From Eledone cirrhosa (lineage: Eukaryota), in the NCBI GenBank assembly GCA_964016885.1, contig OZ024747.1, positions 58,342,001-58,406,000 on the forward strand: 64,000 nt of DNA, written 5' to 3'. Positions 41,923 to 54,877 of the stretch are shown piece after piece (positions within the stretch are counted from its first letter, which is position 1; every line of letters starts with the position of its first letter). The translations under genes and the position numbers were made by a program. The notes under the pieces are model-generated. The model was not told the DNA's origin, did no database searches, and worked only from the letters and a program-made list of their open reading frames with translations.

Positions 41923-42899
41923 CCAATATATATATATATAGAGAGAGAGAGATAATGTGTGCGTGTGTGTGTGTATGAAATATATATGTGCGTTTCCATA
42001 TGAATATACGCATGTATCCGTGTCTGTATTCTATTAGGTATACGTATGTAAATATATATGAATTAGGGTGAAGCACCTTGATGATGTCGCTTCTGATGGA
42101 GTCCAGTCATATGAAAATAGTGCCATAAACTATAGAAAATTGATCATAACTTTATCTTTACTGCTTCATATTTCCTCTCAATCAATCGATATCGATAACC
42201 CTCACACCACACTCTACACTCGTCAATCGCAACAGCAATCTACGAACAACCGTAGGAATGATTCAGCTATGAAGTTAAATTCCACCAGGCACGATCCAGT
42301 AATGCACTTATTGGAGAAATAGTTGATACACGTTTGAGCATTAAAACCCTTGCGTACGTGATATTGAATAAATCATGACGACCGAACGGAATTTGCTAGA
42401 TTGAAACTTAGTCTACGTGTAAAATAGTATCGATTGGAAATTTACTTCCAATCAGAAATAAACGATATCTCATAGACAAAGAAAGAAGTAATCGTTTGTC
42501 AAGCGTTAAGCACATTTTAACTTTGTAATAAAGTTAGCCTGTATTAAGCTGCTACAACACAGGCAAACTATAAAATAGTTGAACCAGCTGCGTATAATAA
42601 CTACTAGAGATGGCCACATGTGGGAAGTGGCAACTGTGGGAAACATATTTGTATATGTTGTATAACGGACGGCCTCCTTTAAATTTCATCAAGACGAGTA
42701 ATATTGATACAGCTATTTGGCATTGCGCAGATGTGAGTTCAATTCCAACAGTCAACTCTTTATCCACTTTCTTCAATTATCAATGTGTGTTATACACAAT
42801 GTGTTCGATAATTTTATTCTTACACATGCATTGTATCAGCTCGCAATAAGATATCATAGATTCAAAGTTAAAATTAAATATTATTGATTTACAGGTTGT

Positions 42900-42991
42900 A
42901 TATATATATATATATATATATATTGCGTAAAATGAATTAATATGCATATATGTATATAAATGCGTATGAATGCATATATATATATACATAC

Positions 42992-43045
<54 letters not shown>

Positions 43046-43109
43046 CGTAAAATGAATTAATATGCATAAATGTATATAAATGCGTATGAATGCATATATA
43101 TATACATAC

Positions 43110-43200
<91 letters not shown>
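42900..43200 (-). repeat. Inverted copy of 40003-40220
   Basis: ttgcgtaaaatgaattaatatgcat...aaatgcgtatgaatgc x2. Confidence 0.85.
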
Positions 43201-43207
<7 letters not shown>

Positions 43208-43520
43208 GGAGGAGTTTGTGTGTGCATATCTATGGTTATTTAAGTGCGCAAATGAATACACATATATAGAATATAAAGAGACACGTAGATATATATAGAC
43301 ATGTACATGCATATAAGCTTACATACACAGCTACTATTTATCAATCTGTATTAAAGATTTATGTGTAGGTTATCTTGTACATGTGTAATTTACATACAAA
43401 TATAAAGACCCGCTAATATATATTCTGCTAATACTAGCAGTGAAACTAAGCAAAATATATATTAACCTTTAACAAATAAACTTACATCAATGTGGGAATC
43501 CAAGATTCTCGAGTCGAAGC

Positions 43521-46500
43521 ACAAATATGTAGAATACAGTGTAATACGAACGCCTACATATGTAGAATACAGTGTAATACGAACGCCTACAATTGTAGAA
43601 TAGAGTGTAATACGAACGCCCACATATGTAGAATACAGTGTAATACGAATGCCCACATATGTAGAATACAGTGTAATACGAATGCCCACATATGTAGAAT
43701 ACAGTGTAATACGAACGCCTACAATTGTAGAATACAGTGTAATACGAAGGCCTACATATGTAGAATACAGTGTAATACGAACGCCTACATATGTAGAATA
43801 CAGTGTAATACGAACGCCTACATATGTAGAATACAGTGTAATACGAACACCCACATATGTAGAATACAGTGTAATACGAACACCCACATATGTAGAATAC
43901 AGTGTAATACGAACGCCCACATATGTAGAATACAGTGTAATACGAACGCCTACAATTGTAGAATAGAGTGTAATACGAACGCCTACATATGTAGAATACA
44001 GTGTAATACGAACACCCACATATGTAGCATACAGTGTAATACGAACACCCACATATGTAGAATACAGTGTAATACGAACACCCACATATGTAGAATACAG
44101 TGTAATACGAAAGCCTACATATGTAGAATACAGTGTAATACGAAGGCCTACATATGTAGAATACAGTGTAATACGAACGCCCACATATGTAGAATACAGT
44201 GTAATACGAACACCCACATATGTAGAATACAGTGTAATACGAACACCCACATATGTAGAATACAGTGTAATACGAAAGCCTACATATGTAGAATACAGTG
44301 TAATACGAAGGCCTACATATGTAGAATACAGTGTAATACGAACGCCCACATATGTAGAATACAGTGTAATACGAACACCCACATATGTAGAATACAGTGT
44401 AATACGAACACCCACATATGTAGAATACAGTGTAATACGAACACCCACATATGTAGAATACAGTGTAATACGAAAGCCTACATATGTAGAATACAGTGTA
44501 ATACGAATGCCCATATATGTAGAATACAGTGTAATACGAACGCCTACAATTGTAGAATAAAGTGTAATACGAACGCCCACATATGTAGAATACAGTGTAA
44601 TACGAACGCCTACATATGTAGAATACAGTGTAATATGAACACCCAAATATGTAGAATACAGTGTAATACGAACGCCTACAATTGTAGAATAGAGTGTAAT
44701 ACGAACGCCCACATATGTAGAATACAGTGTAATACGAAAGCCTACATATGTAGAATAGAGTGTAATACGAACACCCAAATATGTAGAATACAGTGTAATA
44801 TGAACGCCTACATATGTAGAATACAGTGTAATACGAACACCCACATATGTAGAATACAGTGTAATACGAACGCCTACAATTGTAGAATAGAGTGTAATAC
44901 GAACGCCTACATATGTAGAATACAGTGTAATACGAAAGCCTACATATGTAGAATACAGTGTAATACGAACACCCACATATGTAGAATACAGTGTAATACG
45001 AACACCCACATATGTAGAATACAGTGTAATACGAACACCCACATATGTAGAATACAGTGTAATACGAACACCCACATATGTAGAATACAGTGTAATACGA
45101 ACGCCCACATATGTAGAATACAGTGTAATACGAACACCCACATATGTAGAATACAGTGTAATACGAACACCCACATATGTAGAATACAGTGTAATACGAA
45201 CACCCACATATGTAGAATACAGTGTAATACGAAAGCCTACATATGTAGAATACAGTGTAATACGAAGGCCTACATATGTAGAATACAGTGTAATACGAAC
45301 GCCCACATATGTAGAATACAGTGTAATACGAACACCCACATATGTAGAATACAGTGTAATACGAACACACACATATGTAGAATACAGTGTAATACGAACA
45401 CCCACATATGTAGAATACAGTGTAATACGAAAGCCTACATATGTAGAATACAGTGTAATACGAATGCCCATATATGTAGAATACAGTGTAATACGAACGC
45501 CTACAATTGTAGAATAGAGTGTAATACGAACGCCCACATATGTAGAATACAGTGTAATACGAACGCCCAAATATGTAGAATACAGTGTAATACGAACGCC
45601 CACATATGTAGAATACAGTGTAATACGAACGCCCAAATATGTAGAATACAGTGTAATACGAACGCCCACATATGTAGAATACAGTGTAATACGAACGCCC
45701 AAATATGTAGAATACAGTGTAATACGAACGCCCACATATTTAGAATACAGTGTAATACGAACGCCTACATATGTAGAATACAGTGTAATGTGAACGCCTA
45801 CATATGTAGAATAAAGTGTAATACGATCGCCCACATATCTAGAATACAGTGTAATACGAACGCCTACATATGTAGAATACAGTGTAATATGAACGCCTAC
45901 ATATGTAGAATACAGTGTAATGTGAACGCCCACATATGTAGAATACAGTGTAATACGAACGCCTACATATGTAGAATACAGTGTAATACGAACGGCTACA
46001 TATGTAGAATACAGTGTAATGTGAACGCCTACATATGTAGAATACAGTGTAATGTGAACGCCCACATATGTAGAATACAGTGTAATACGAACGCCTACAT
46101 ATGTAGAATACAGTGTAATGTGAACGCCCACATATGTAGAATACAGTGTAATGTGAACGCCTACATATGTAGAATACAGTGTAATGTGAACGCCTACATA
46201 TGTAGAATACAGTGTAATGTGAACGCCCACATATGTAGAATACAGGGTAATGAATATATATGAATATATATATGAATATATGTAGAATACAGTGTAATAC
46301 GAACGCCCAAATATGTAGAATACAGTGTAATACGAACGCCCAAATATGTAGAATACAGTGTAATACGAACGCCCAAATATGTAGAATACAGTGTAATACG
46401 AACGCCCAAATATGTAGAATACAGTGTAATACGAACGCCCACATATGTAGAATATAGTGTAATACGAACGCTCAAATATGTAGAATACAGTGTAATACGA

Positions 46501-47187
46501 ACGCCCAAATATGTAGAATATAGTGTAATACGAACGCCCACATATGTAGAATATAGTGTAATACGAACGCTCAAATATGTAGAATACAGTGTAATACGAA
46601 CGCCCAAATATGTAGAATACAGTGTAATACGAACGCTCAAATATGTAGAATACAGTGTAATACGAACGCCCAAATATGTAGAATATAGTGTTATACGAAC
46701 GCCCACATATGTAGAATATAGTGTAATACGAACGCCCACATATGTAGAATACAGTGTAATACGAACGCCCACATATGTAGAATATAGTGTAATACGAACG
46801 CCCACATATGTAGAATATAGTGTAATACGAACGCTCAAATATGTAGAATACAGTGTAATACGAACGCCCAAATATGTAGAATATAGTGTAATACGAACGC
46901 CCACATATGTAGAATATAGTGTAATACGAACGCTCAAATATGTAGAATACAGTGTAATACGAACGCCCAAATATGTAGAATACAGTGTAATACGAACGCT
47001 CAAATATGTAGAATACAGTGTAATACGAACGCCCAAATATGTAGAATACAGTGTAATACGAACGCCCACATATGTAGAATACAGTGTAATACGAACGCCC
47101 ACATATGTAGAATACAGTGTAATACGAACGCCCACATATGTAGAATACAGTGTAATACGAACGCCCACATATGTAGAATACAGGGTA
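43521..47187. repeat. 33-bp minisatellite, about 110 units (tatgtagaatacagtgtaatacgaacgcccaca), two sub-arrays split at ~46250-46278
   Basis: Strict 33-bp period with a few recurring variants. Confidence 0.97.
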
Positions 47188-47786
47188 TATTAAAATATAG
47201 AAAATAAAAACACATTCAATTGACCTTCAGAAAAACGAACATTACATTCTGGGAGACCGTAGTATTACAAACGGAGACTGTTCTCTTGTTGTCCAAAATC
47301 AAACATAGGTTCTATCAAATTGATTTTAGCATTCATTTCTCTGTAGTCAATGTAAAATTCCAAAGAGTTAATTTTAGTACAACAGAAAATGATATTTAGT
47401 GCAGCCTGGTAACGTCCAGCTTCTTGTGAGTGACATGGTGAAGACAGAAACTTCATGGGAGGGGAGATTTCCGGCTGCTGATATATGGTTAATATTGAAC
47501 AAAGGTTTCCTTGACGCCCTACTGCATATATCTGTGAATGTGTAGATGTTCCTGTGTAAATGTAAAACCGTTCCTGATAACTCAACAGTAATCTACGTTT
47601 GTAGTAGGTCAATAGATCATCGCGATCAAAATCCTTTCGAAAACACAGTATTCTCCTGTGAAGGAAACAATTTGCTGATGGTTCCGTAACAAACTTTATT
47701 GAGTAGTCGTAGGATAATTAGAAATAGTACAACACGAAAATCATGACCTTGGGATTAGATTAAGCTACATTATTTAACACACTATA

Positions 47787-47975
47787 GGGCGGTGGATTGG
47801 CAGTATCGGTAGAGGGTCGGACGCCATGCTTTCCAGCATAGTTACGTCCCTTTACGATCTGAGTTCAAATCCCGCCGAGGTTGACTTTGCCTTTCATCCT
47901 TACGGGGTCGATAAAATAAAGTACCAGTAATGCACTGGGTAATTGCTGGCCTTGTGCCAAAAGTAGAAACAATTA
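47787..47975 (+). mobile_element. SINE family 1, full-length reference copy
   Basis: GGGCGGTGGAT-TGGCAGTATCGG (A box)...GAGTTCAAATCC (B box)...gcctttcatcctt...gtcgataaaataaagtaccag; flanked by attatttaacac direct repeat. Confidence 0.92.
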
Positions 47976-47997
47976 TTTAACACTGCCTTTAAAACAG

Positions 47998-48177
47998 CGT
48001 TGGATTGGCAGTATCGGTAGAAGGTCGGACGCCATGCTTTGACGCATAGAGTTACGGCCCTTGCCATTCTGAGTTCAAATCCCGCCGAGGTTAACTTTGC
48101 CTTTCATCCTTACGGGGTCGATAAAATAAAGTACCAGTAATGCATTGTGCCTTGTGCCAAAAAGTAGAGACAATTAT
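47998..48177 (+). mobile_element. SINE family 1, tandem second copy
   Basis: Followed by a repeat of attatttaacactgccttta (also at 47972). Confidence 0.9.
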
Positions 48178-49189
48178 TTAACACTGCCTTTATGTTTATT
48201 AAGACAGCAGAGATGATGGTGATTTGGCTACTATTTCTAACGCATAGAAGAAGTTGGTAAAGATACCTTCGTTAGTTCAAATGAAACCAGTGAAATATGT
48301 AAGGATATTTCATAGAGTAGATACTAATATTGGCCGTTTGCCTAGTAAAGAAAAATCAATTAGAGAAGCGCGAAATCTTCTGTATAAAAATACTGAAGAA
48401 TTTACCATCTGCGTGGTTGCAAGAATGAATGAGAGCCATTTACGTCAGAACATAGCGAAACACATTACCGCATATTACATCTAGCTCATTAGAGCATCCC
48501 GATAAAGTATTCGCTTAATGTTTAATGAAATCCGTTTGGAAAGCAACAAAGCAGATTATTCGATTATACACTTTTGTCTATTGGGCTTGTTATAATGTTC
48601 TTCAAATGGAAATGATCAAAGCGCTAAGCGACATTAAACCAGAACAAACTAACACGTTTATGAAACAACAAATTCTACTTAGACAACATTGACAACAACA
48701 ATTACAGCTACACGCTAAACAAAAACAAAAAAAAAACTTGATGAAATATCGATAGCAACGAAAACCGAATTATCCACATCAACAACAGTAACACACCAGT
48801 ACCATTAACAACAACGATATTAGTAGCAACAATATTAGCAATGATCATAACAACACCTGAGCATATAGACTGACACATGAGCTGCTGTATTCTTTCCTAA
48901 ATATTGTCTATACATGTATTACACATTAGAGTAGCACACCAAACTATCACATCACTGAGTTCTCATTATACGTGTGTTTAGATACTTTTCATTTTATTCA
49001 CGTCCGCATATCTACAATAAAAACAACAGAATATATAACGATTTTAATCAATACGATTAGGTCCTGTATTTATCCACATTCGGGTATATGTGCAGTCACT
49101 GCCTTCGGTCGTTTTTCTTGATGTTACACTTTTTAAATGTGCTTACTTTGGGCGGTAATGTCTTAATATAACCGCTCTATCGAGTGCTT

Positions 49190-49472
49190 TGTGCTCGGAA
49201 CGTAAAGGGATGTAACTATGCTAGAAAGCATGGCGTCCGACCCTCTACCGATACTGCCAATCGACCCCCCTGTTAATAATTGTTTCTACTTTTGGCACAA
49301 GGCCAGCAATTATCCCAGTGTATTACTGGTACTTTATTTTATCGACCCTGTAAGGATGAAAGTCAAAGTTAACCTCGGCAGGATTTGAACTCATACCGTA
49401 AAGGGACGTAACTCTTTTTTGCTGAAAAGCATAGCGTCCGACCCTCTACCGATACTGCCAATCCACCGCCCT
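49190..49472 (-). mobile_element. SINE family 1: full copy plus partial head
   Basis: Matches consensus. Confidence 0.88.
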
Positions 49473-49542
49473 GCTAATAATAACATTTGTACAGCCTCTT
49501 CGCTTCCACGTTTTTTTTTGTTTTCTGTTTACTGTCGCAACT

Positions 49543-49780
<238 letters not shown>

Positions 49781-49884
49781 GAGAAAATTGAGGTTGGTAA
49801 TGGCACATGGAATATATAAGAGACAGAATACTTTTTTGTGAAAAAACATAATTTTATAAGGTAAGGAAATAATAAAGGGTATAA

Positions 49885-49932
49885 AAAATGACCGGTTTCG
49901 ATGGGTCTGCAAAAGCCATCTTTTCAAATGTT
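49885..49932 (-). ncRNA. Type I hammerhead ribozyme, U3-A8 core variant
   Basis: aacat-TTGAAAA-gatgg...ccatc-GAAA-ccgg-TC-atttt (stem I has one mismatch). Confidence 0.75.
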
Positions 49933-50204
49933 GATTAATATTAAGAAAAATTAATAATACGAAGAGTTAAAATTTGAGACTTGAAAATTCAAGTATAAAA
50001 TTCATTGTGGGATTTCATAGCAGTTTTCATCTAGGTAGCAACAACAGGTTGACTGCTGTGTCCCTTTCTGGTAGTGAATGAGAAGTTATTTGGGGTGTGG
50101 GTTATTTTATAAAGGTCAGATTTAGCAATAGCCAGCTGCTGGTCAGTGAGGGGGTGGAAGCAATATACACACACATACCTTCATCCACACATACATACAC
50201 ATAC

Positions 50205-50255
<51 letters not shown>

Positions 50256-50324
50256 CACACATACATACACACACACATACATATACATACACACATACAC
50301 ACACACACACATATATATACACAT

Positions 50325-50375
<51 letters not shown>

Positions 50376-50414
50376 TATATATACATACACATACATCCAG
50401 ATACACACATACAT

Positions 50415-50507
<93 letters not shown>

Positions 50508-51054
50508 CACACATACATACACACACACATATATATATATATACATACACACATACAAACATACACACACACACACACACATATATATACACACATACAC
50601 ACACATATATATACACACACACACACACACACATGCATATATATATATATATACACATACGCATACATCCAGATACCCACATACATACACACACACACAC
50701 ACACACGCACACACAATACATACATCCACATGCACACACATACTCACACACACACACACACACATACATACACCCACACACAGAGAAATGGCCTTCAAAT
50801 ATATATATATATATATACATACAGACACATATATTTTTTCCATAATATAAGAAGTTGGGGCAGTGAAATTAAAATAATTCTGTGTGCGCATATATATATA
50901 GATATACGTGTGTGCACGTGCAGGGTTTAACATGGATGTGTTGGTCACACAAAGGCATGGTCTGTCAATGAATAAACCTGATTCTACAGAATTGGTCTCT
51001 GGTCTTTAATAGTAGTGATTCCGTGCGTATGTGTGTTTATATTTTATGACAATT

Positions 51055-53331
51055 CTATTGGGGTGATAACCCGTTTAGTTTTGGTTTAAATTTGTTAAGG
51101 AATAGATTTTCTTTGTTTATTCTTTGTTGTTGTGTGAACGAATCTGAGCACTTGTAGAAGGGGAAGATTTTAAAGTTGGGTAGTGTCATTCCTGCGCAGT
51201 TCGCAATATGGCTGCTCAAGGGGATTTTTCTTGTGTTAGCGTCCCGGATTTGTTGGCGGTGGATGGTCATTCTTTTGCGTAATGAGGTGCCCGTCTGTCC
51301 TATGTAGTTGTGTTTGCACCCACCGCAAGTTATTGCGTAAATCAAGTTCTCCGAGTTGCAGGTGAAATTGTTTTTTACTGTAAATGTTTGGCCATCTTTG
51401 AATGTAAATGTTTGTCCTTCAGTGAGGTAGAGGCACGTTCCACAGTTTGTTCTACCACATTTGGTAACTGTAGGGTTGAGGATTGGTTTGGGTATATTTG
51501 GTCCAGTGAGAATGCGTTTAAGTGATTTGGGTTGTCTTTTACTTTTAAGGATCTTGTGTGTTTCAAGAATAGACTTCATTTTTACATCTTTAAGTAGGAT
51601 GGGGAGGTTTTTGTGTAGGTGATCAAACATTTCGGTATTTCTGGGGTTGAAAGTGGATACATATGGCAGGGTGTTGAGTGTGGTTTTCTGTTTTGGATTG
51701 TTAAGTTGATGGGGATTTAGGTGTTTTGCCCTGTCTATTCCATTGTTGATTATTTCAAGTGGAAAGGCTCTTAAGATAAGGGTGTCTTTTAGTTCCTTTA
51801 GTCTTTGCTCCCGTTTAGGTGGATCTGATACTATGGTACATATACGTTTGGCCAAATTGTAAGGAATGTTAAGTTTTGTATGTTTTGGGTGACTTGATGT
51901 GAAAAAGAGGTATTGCTTGGAATCTGTGGGTTTATAGAATATATCTGTATCTAATTTCCCGTCTATTACAGAGATGAGAATATCCAAGAAGGCTAATTCC
52001 TTAGGATTGGATTCCATTGTGAATTGTATGTTATTATCTATGTTGTTTATCATGTTTTTAAACGTAGTAAGTGAGTTCATGTCTTCTTGCCATAGGATAA
52101 AGCAGTCGTCTAGATATCTTTTCCAATTGGCTTTGAGGTGTGTGTGGAAAGAGTCTCCAAATAAGAGAAGGGACTGACTGTATATTTGTTGTTCATGGAA
52201 TCCCATGACTAGGTTGGCATATGTGGGTGCTACTTTCGTGCCCATTGCCGTACCTGATACTTGTCTGTATGTTGAACCATTGAATGTGAAGTAGTTATTT
52301 TGTAGGATAAAGCGGAGTCCGTCAGTGATAAAATCTGTGTTGATGCGTGTCGGTATTTCTGATGGGTGTGTGTTAAGCCAGTATTGGACTGCTGTTATTC
52401 CATAGTTGTGAGGTATGTTTGTGTAGAGGTTTATTACGTCAAAGGAGACAAGAATTGTATTTGCACTTACTGTTTTAGGGAGGTGTTTCAGCATGTCAAG
52501 GTCATCTCGTATGTAGCTCTGTATATGTTGTAGAAAGGGTTTCAGTAGGATGTCCAGAAAGTTGCTAAGTCTGTGGGTTTCACATGTAGGGCCTGCTATA
52601 ATTGGCCTGAGTTTTAGGTCTTCTGGTGGTGTTAGTTCAATGTAATTGTTGGTTGAGGTGTCACATGCATCGTTTATGGGTTTACATTTGTGAAGTTTCG
52701 GTAAGCCGTAAAAAGAGCTTGTATTGCATTTGAAGTGGCTTATATAGTTAAACTCTTTTGTGGTTAAGCTGTTGCGGTATTTATTCAGTAAGGTCAAAAG
52801 GTTCCCCATTGTTTTGGTGTGTTTGTAGTTTTCTGTTTTTTCATAGTATGTGTTGTTTTCTAAAATGTTAAGTGCGAGGGTCCTATAGTAGTCCGTATTC
52901 ATAATCACAACAGTACTGCCTTTATCGGCTTCTTTGATAGTTATCTCAGGGTTGTTTCTAAGTGTGAATAATTCTTCCCATTCGTGTGTAGATAGGTTTG
53001 ATTTCGTGTGTTTATTTGTAATTGTTTCATAGGGAAAGTTGGTGATGTGTTCGCAGTACGTGTCCAGTGCTTTATTTCTTCCCTTTTGTGGGCAGAAATT
53101 GCTTTTATTTCTAACCAGTGATTCGTCTTCAGTGTTGGTGTCGTTGTGGAAGAATTCCGTTAGTCGCAGCTTTCGGCAGTATTCCATGATGTCATCCTTC
53201 ATTTCGGGGAAGTTTGGTTTACGTGGTGTAGGTGTAAATTTCAGGCCCTTACTTAAAATGTTGATTTGTGTGTTGGTTAGAGGTGTCTTTGAGAGGTTGA
53301 TTATTTTTGGTTTCTCCTGAGGGGGGGCCAT
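51055..53331 (-). CDS. PLE reverse transcriptase / GIY-YIG endonuclease (758 aa open)
   Basis: LSKGLKFTPTP, KEADKG, FYGLPKLHK, LRPII, SFDVINLYTNIP, GTAMGTKVAPTYANL, RYLDD, FLDI, YKPTD, linker CGRTNCGTC, LIYAITCGGCKHNYIGQTG. Confidence 0.95.
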   Translation of the reverse strand: MAPPQEKPKIINLSKTPLTNTQINILSKGLKFTPTPRKPNFPEMKDDIMEYCRKLRLTEFFHNDTNTEDESLVRNKSNFCPQKGRNKALDTYCEHITNFPYETITNKHTKSNLSTHEWEELFTLRNNPEITIKEADKGSTVVIMNTDYYRTLALNILENNTYYEKTENYKHTKTMGNLLTLLNKYRNSLTTKEFNYISHFKCNTSSFYGLPKLHKCKPINDACDTSTNNYIELTPPEDLKLRPIIAGPTCETHRLSNFLDILLKPFLQHIQSYIRDDLDMLKHLPKTVSANTILVSFDVINLYTNIPHNYGITAVQYWLNTHPSEIPTRINTDFITDGLRFILQNNYFTFNGSTYRQVSGTAMGTKVAPTYANLVMGFHEQQIYSQSLLLFGDSFHTHLKANWKRYLDDCFILWQEDMNSLTTFKNMINNIDNNIQFTMESNPKELAFLDILISVIDGKLDTDIFYKPTDSKQYLFFTSSHPKHTKLNIPYNLAKRICTIVSDPPKREQRLKELKDTLILRAFPLEIINNGIDRAKHLNPHQLNNPKQKTTLNTLPYVSTFNPRNTEMFDHLHKNLPILLKDVKMKSILETHKILKSKRQPKSLKRILTGPNIPKPILNPTVTKCGRTNCGTCLYLTEGQTFTFKDGQTFTVKNNFTCNSENLIYAITCGGCKHNYIGQTGTSLRKRMTIHRQQIRDANTRKIPLSSHIANCAGMTLPNFKIFPFYKCSDSFTQQQRINKENLFLNKFKPKLNGLSPQ

Positions 53332-53823
53332 CGAGTATCCTGGTATTTCAGGCTTTTCCCTAAAAAAGGAATGTAGTTTTGTGTGTGATTATATTTTGTT
53401 GGTCTGTTGCGTGTGGGTCTGTAGCTTGTTGTTTCATGAGGGTGAATGTGATGGTGGGGGTGGTATGTGTTGTGGTTGTTGATGAGCAAGGGTTCTGTTG
53501 TTGGTTCATGTGGTCTGGGTGCGTTATTTCTGTGGTACAGAGTGTTGAGGCTGGGGGGTTGTCTTTTGTTGGATTGAGGGTGATGTCTGGTGTGGTTGTG
53601 GGTAAGTTCTGTTGTGATTTCAAGTGGCCTGGGTGGATTTCTTCTGAGGAATGTGGTGTGTGTGTTGTGAGTTGGATCTATGTTATTTCGTCTATCGGTC
53701 GCTGTATTTGATTTGCAAGGCTGTCTAAACGTAATGTTATAACTCTGGGGTAATATTCTCCATTGAAACTGCTTTCGTTAGCTTGGCTGCTACCAAAAGC
53801 TTTGTTGATGCTGTACTAAAGTT

Positions 53824-53874
<51 letters not shown>

Positions 53875-53878
<4 letters not shown>

Positions 53879-53932
53879 GAGTCGAAATCTGACGACTGAG
53901 CTGGTGCCGTTTCAACACCTAATTCCGGACAA
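53875..53932 (-). mobile_element. Family-C-related HHR 3'-half fragment
   Basis: gtccggaattaggtgtt-GAAA-cggcaccagctcagtcg-TC versus family C gtccagaattagccgtc-GAAA-cggcttgagctcagccg-TC. Confidence 0.6.
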
Positions 53933-54678
53933 TATGATATTTGTGTGTGTATAGGTATGCGTGTGTTTGTGTGCACGTTTACACATTTACGAATATATAA
54001 ACTTAGAAATCAGTTGCAACAATAACATCATGCTCTCTCTCTCTCTCTCTCCCTCACTCTCTCGCTCTCTCTATCTCTCTCTATTTTCCCTTCAGTATTT
54101 GTTACCCTTTGTTTCTTATTCGTATGTCTATTTATTAAAGTTTATATTTGTTACATACATCAAAACAACGATAGTCATTTTGGCATGAAAAGAAATGGAA
54201 GAATTTTAAGTAAATCAATATTATAAAATCATGGAAGTAATAAAGAGGGAAGAGTTGATTTTATGATACATACAACACACATGATGGACATTTTCATCAT
54301 TTACAAACGTTTGAAGTATACGCATGGATTAGATATTGATAATGTAATTGAATTCACTTTACAGATAATGAACATTACGCACATACACGCACGAACATAC
54401 ACACATATATATATATTGTATTTATACAGATATTACTTTGTCATGTATGTATTATATATATACGGCTTAGTAAAACCATGTTTCTTTAGAAATACAGAAT
54501 TTCTATACATATTTGTATAAAGCTATGCTTGAAGCGAAATCCTATTTCTTATATATATATATATATATATATAAGTATGCATACACATACTTATATACAC
54601 ACACACACATGCACACACACACACATATATATACACACAGATATATATATATATAAATATATATATATATACATATAT

Positions 54679-54842
54679 GTTATTCCGGGTTGAATCGGAG
54701 GTAACCACAGTAAGTAAGCTACTCAATACTTTGCAGAGTATAACAGTTTTAATATAGAAGAGCTTTTACAGGACTAGAACAGGACTGATGATTTCTCACG
54801 ATTGAACAGTTCTAGTCCTGTAGAAACTCTTCTATATTAAAA

Positions 54843-54845
<3 letters not shown>
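54679..54845 (-). mobile_element. Family A end with fold-back; degenerate HHR in the inverted part (from 54785)
   Basis: Reverse complement of 13388-13490, then ctgatgatttc...gaacagttctagtcctgtagaa; TA flanks. Confidence 0.78.

Positions 54846-54872
<27 letters not shown>

Positions 54873-54877
<5 letters not shown>

Larger units (their letters stand above)
49781..53825 (-). mobile_element. Penelope-like retroelement, Neptune-type, probably 5'-truncated; SSR-rich 3'UTR and HHR-bearing end; (TA)n on both sides
   Basis: RT+GIY-YIG ORF; CA/TA SSR at 50165-50910; sense-strand HHR at 49885-49932. Confidence 0.85.

Noticed and set aside
43462-47168. 922-, 923-, 627- and 324-aa ORFs
   Set aside because: Expected from a 33-bp unit lacking stops in several frames on both strands; no unique coding flanks or splice support.
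43521-47187. CRISPR-like array
   Set aside because: The variable part is only ~8 nt with a few recurring variants, there are no unique spacers or cas genes, and the context is eukaryotic.
47265-47720. Minus-strand ORF with faint resemblance to a PLE RT thumb or a host exon (SIKFVTEPS...TIYQQP...SSPCH)
   Set aside because: Motif spacing is wrong and there is no FLD motif; cannot be supported without a profile search.
47787-47880. tRNA gene (A and B boxes)
   Set aside because: Head of a multi-copy SINE; no cloverleaf, and it continues into the SINE body.
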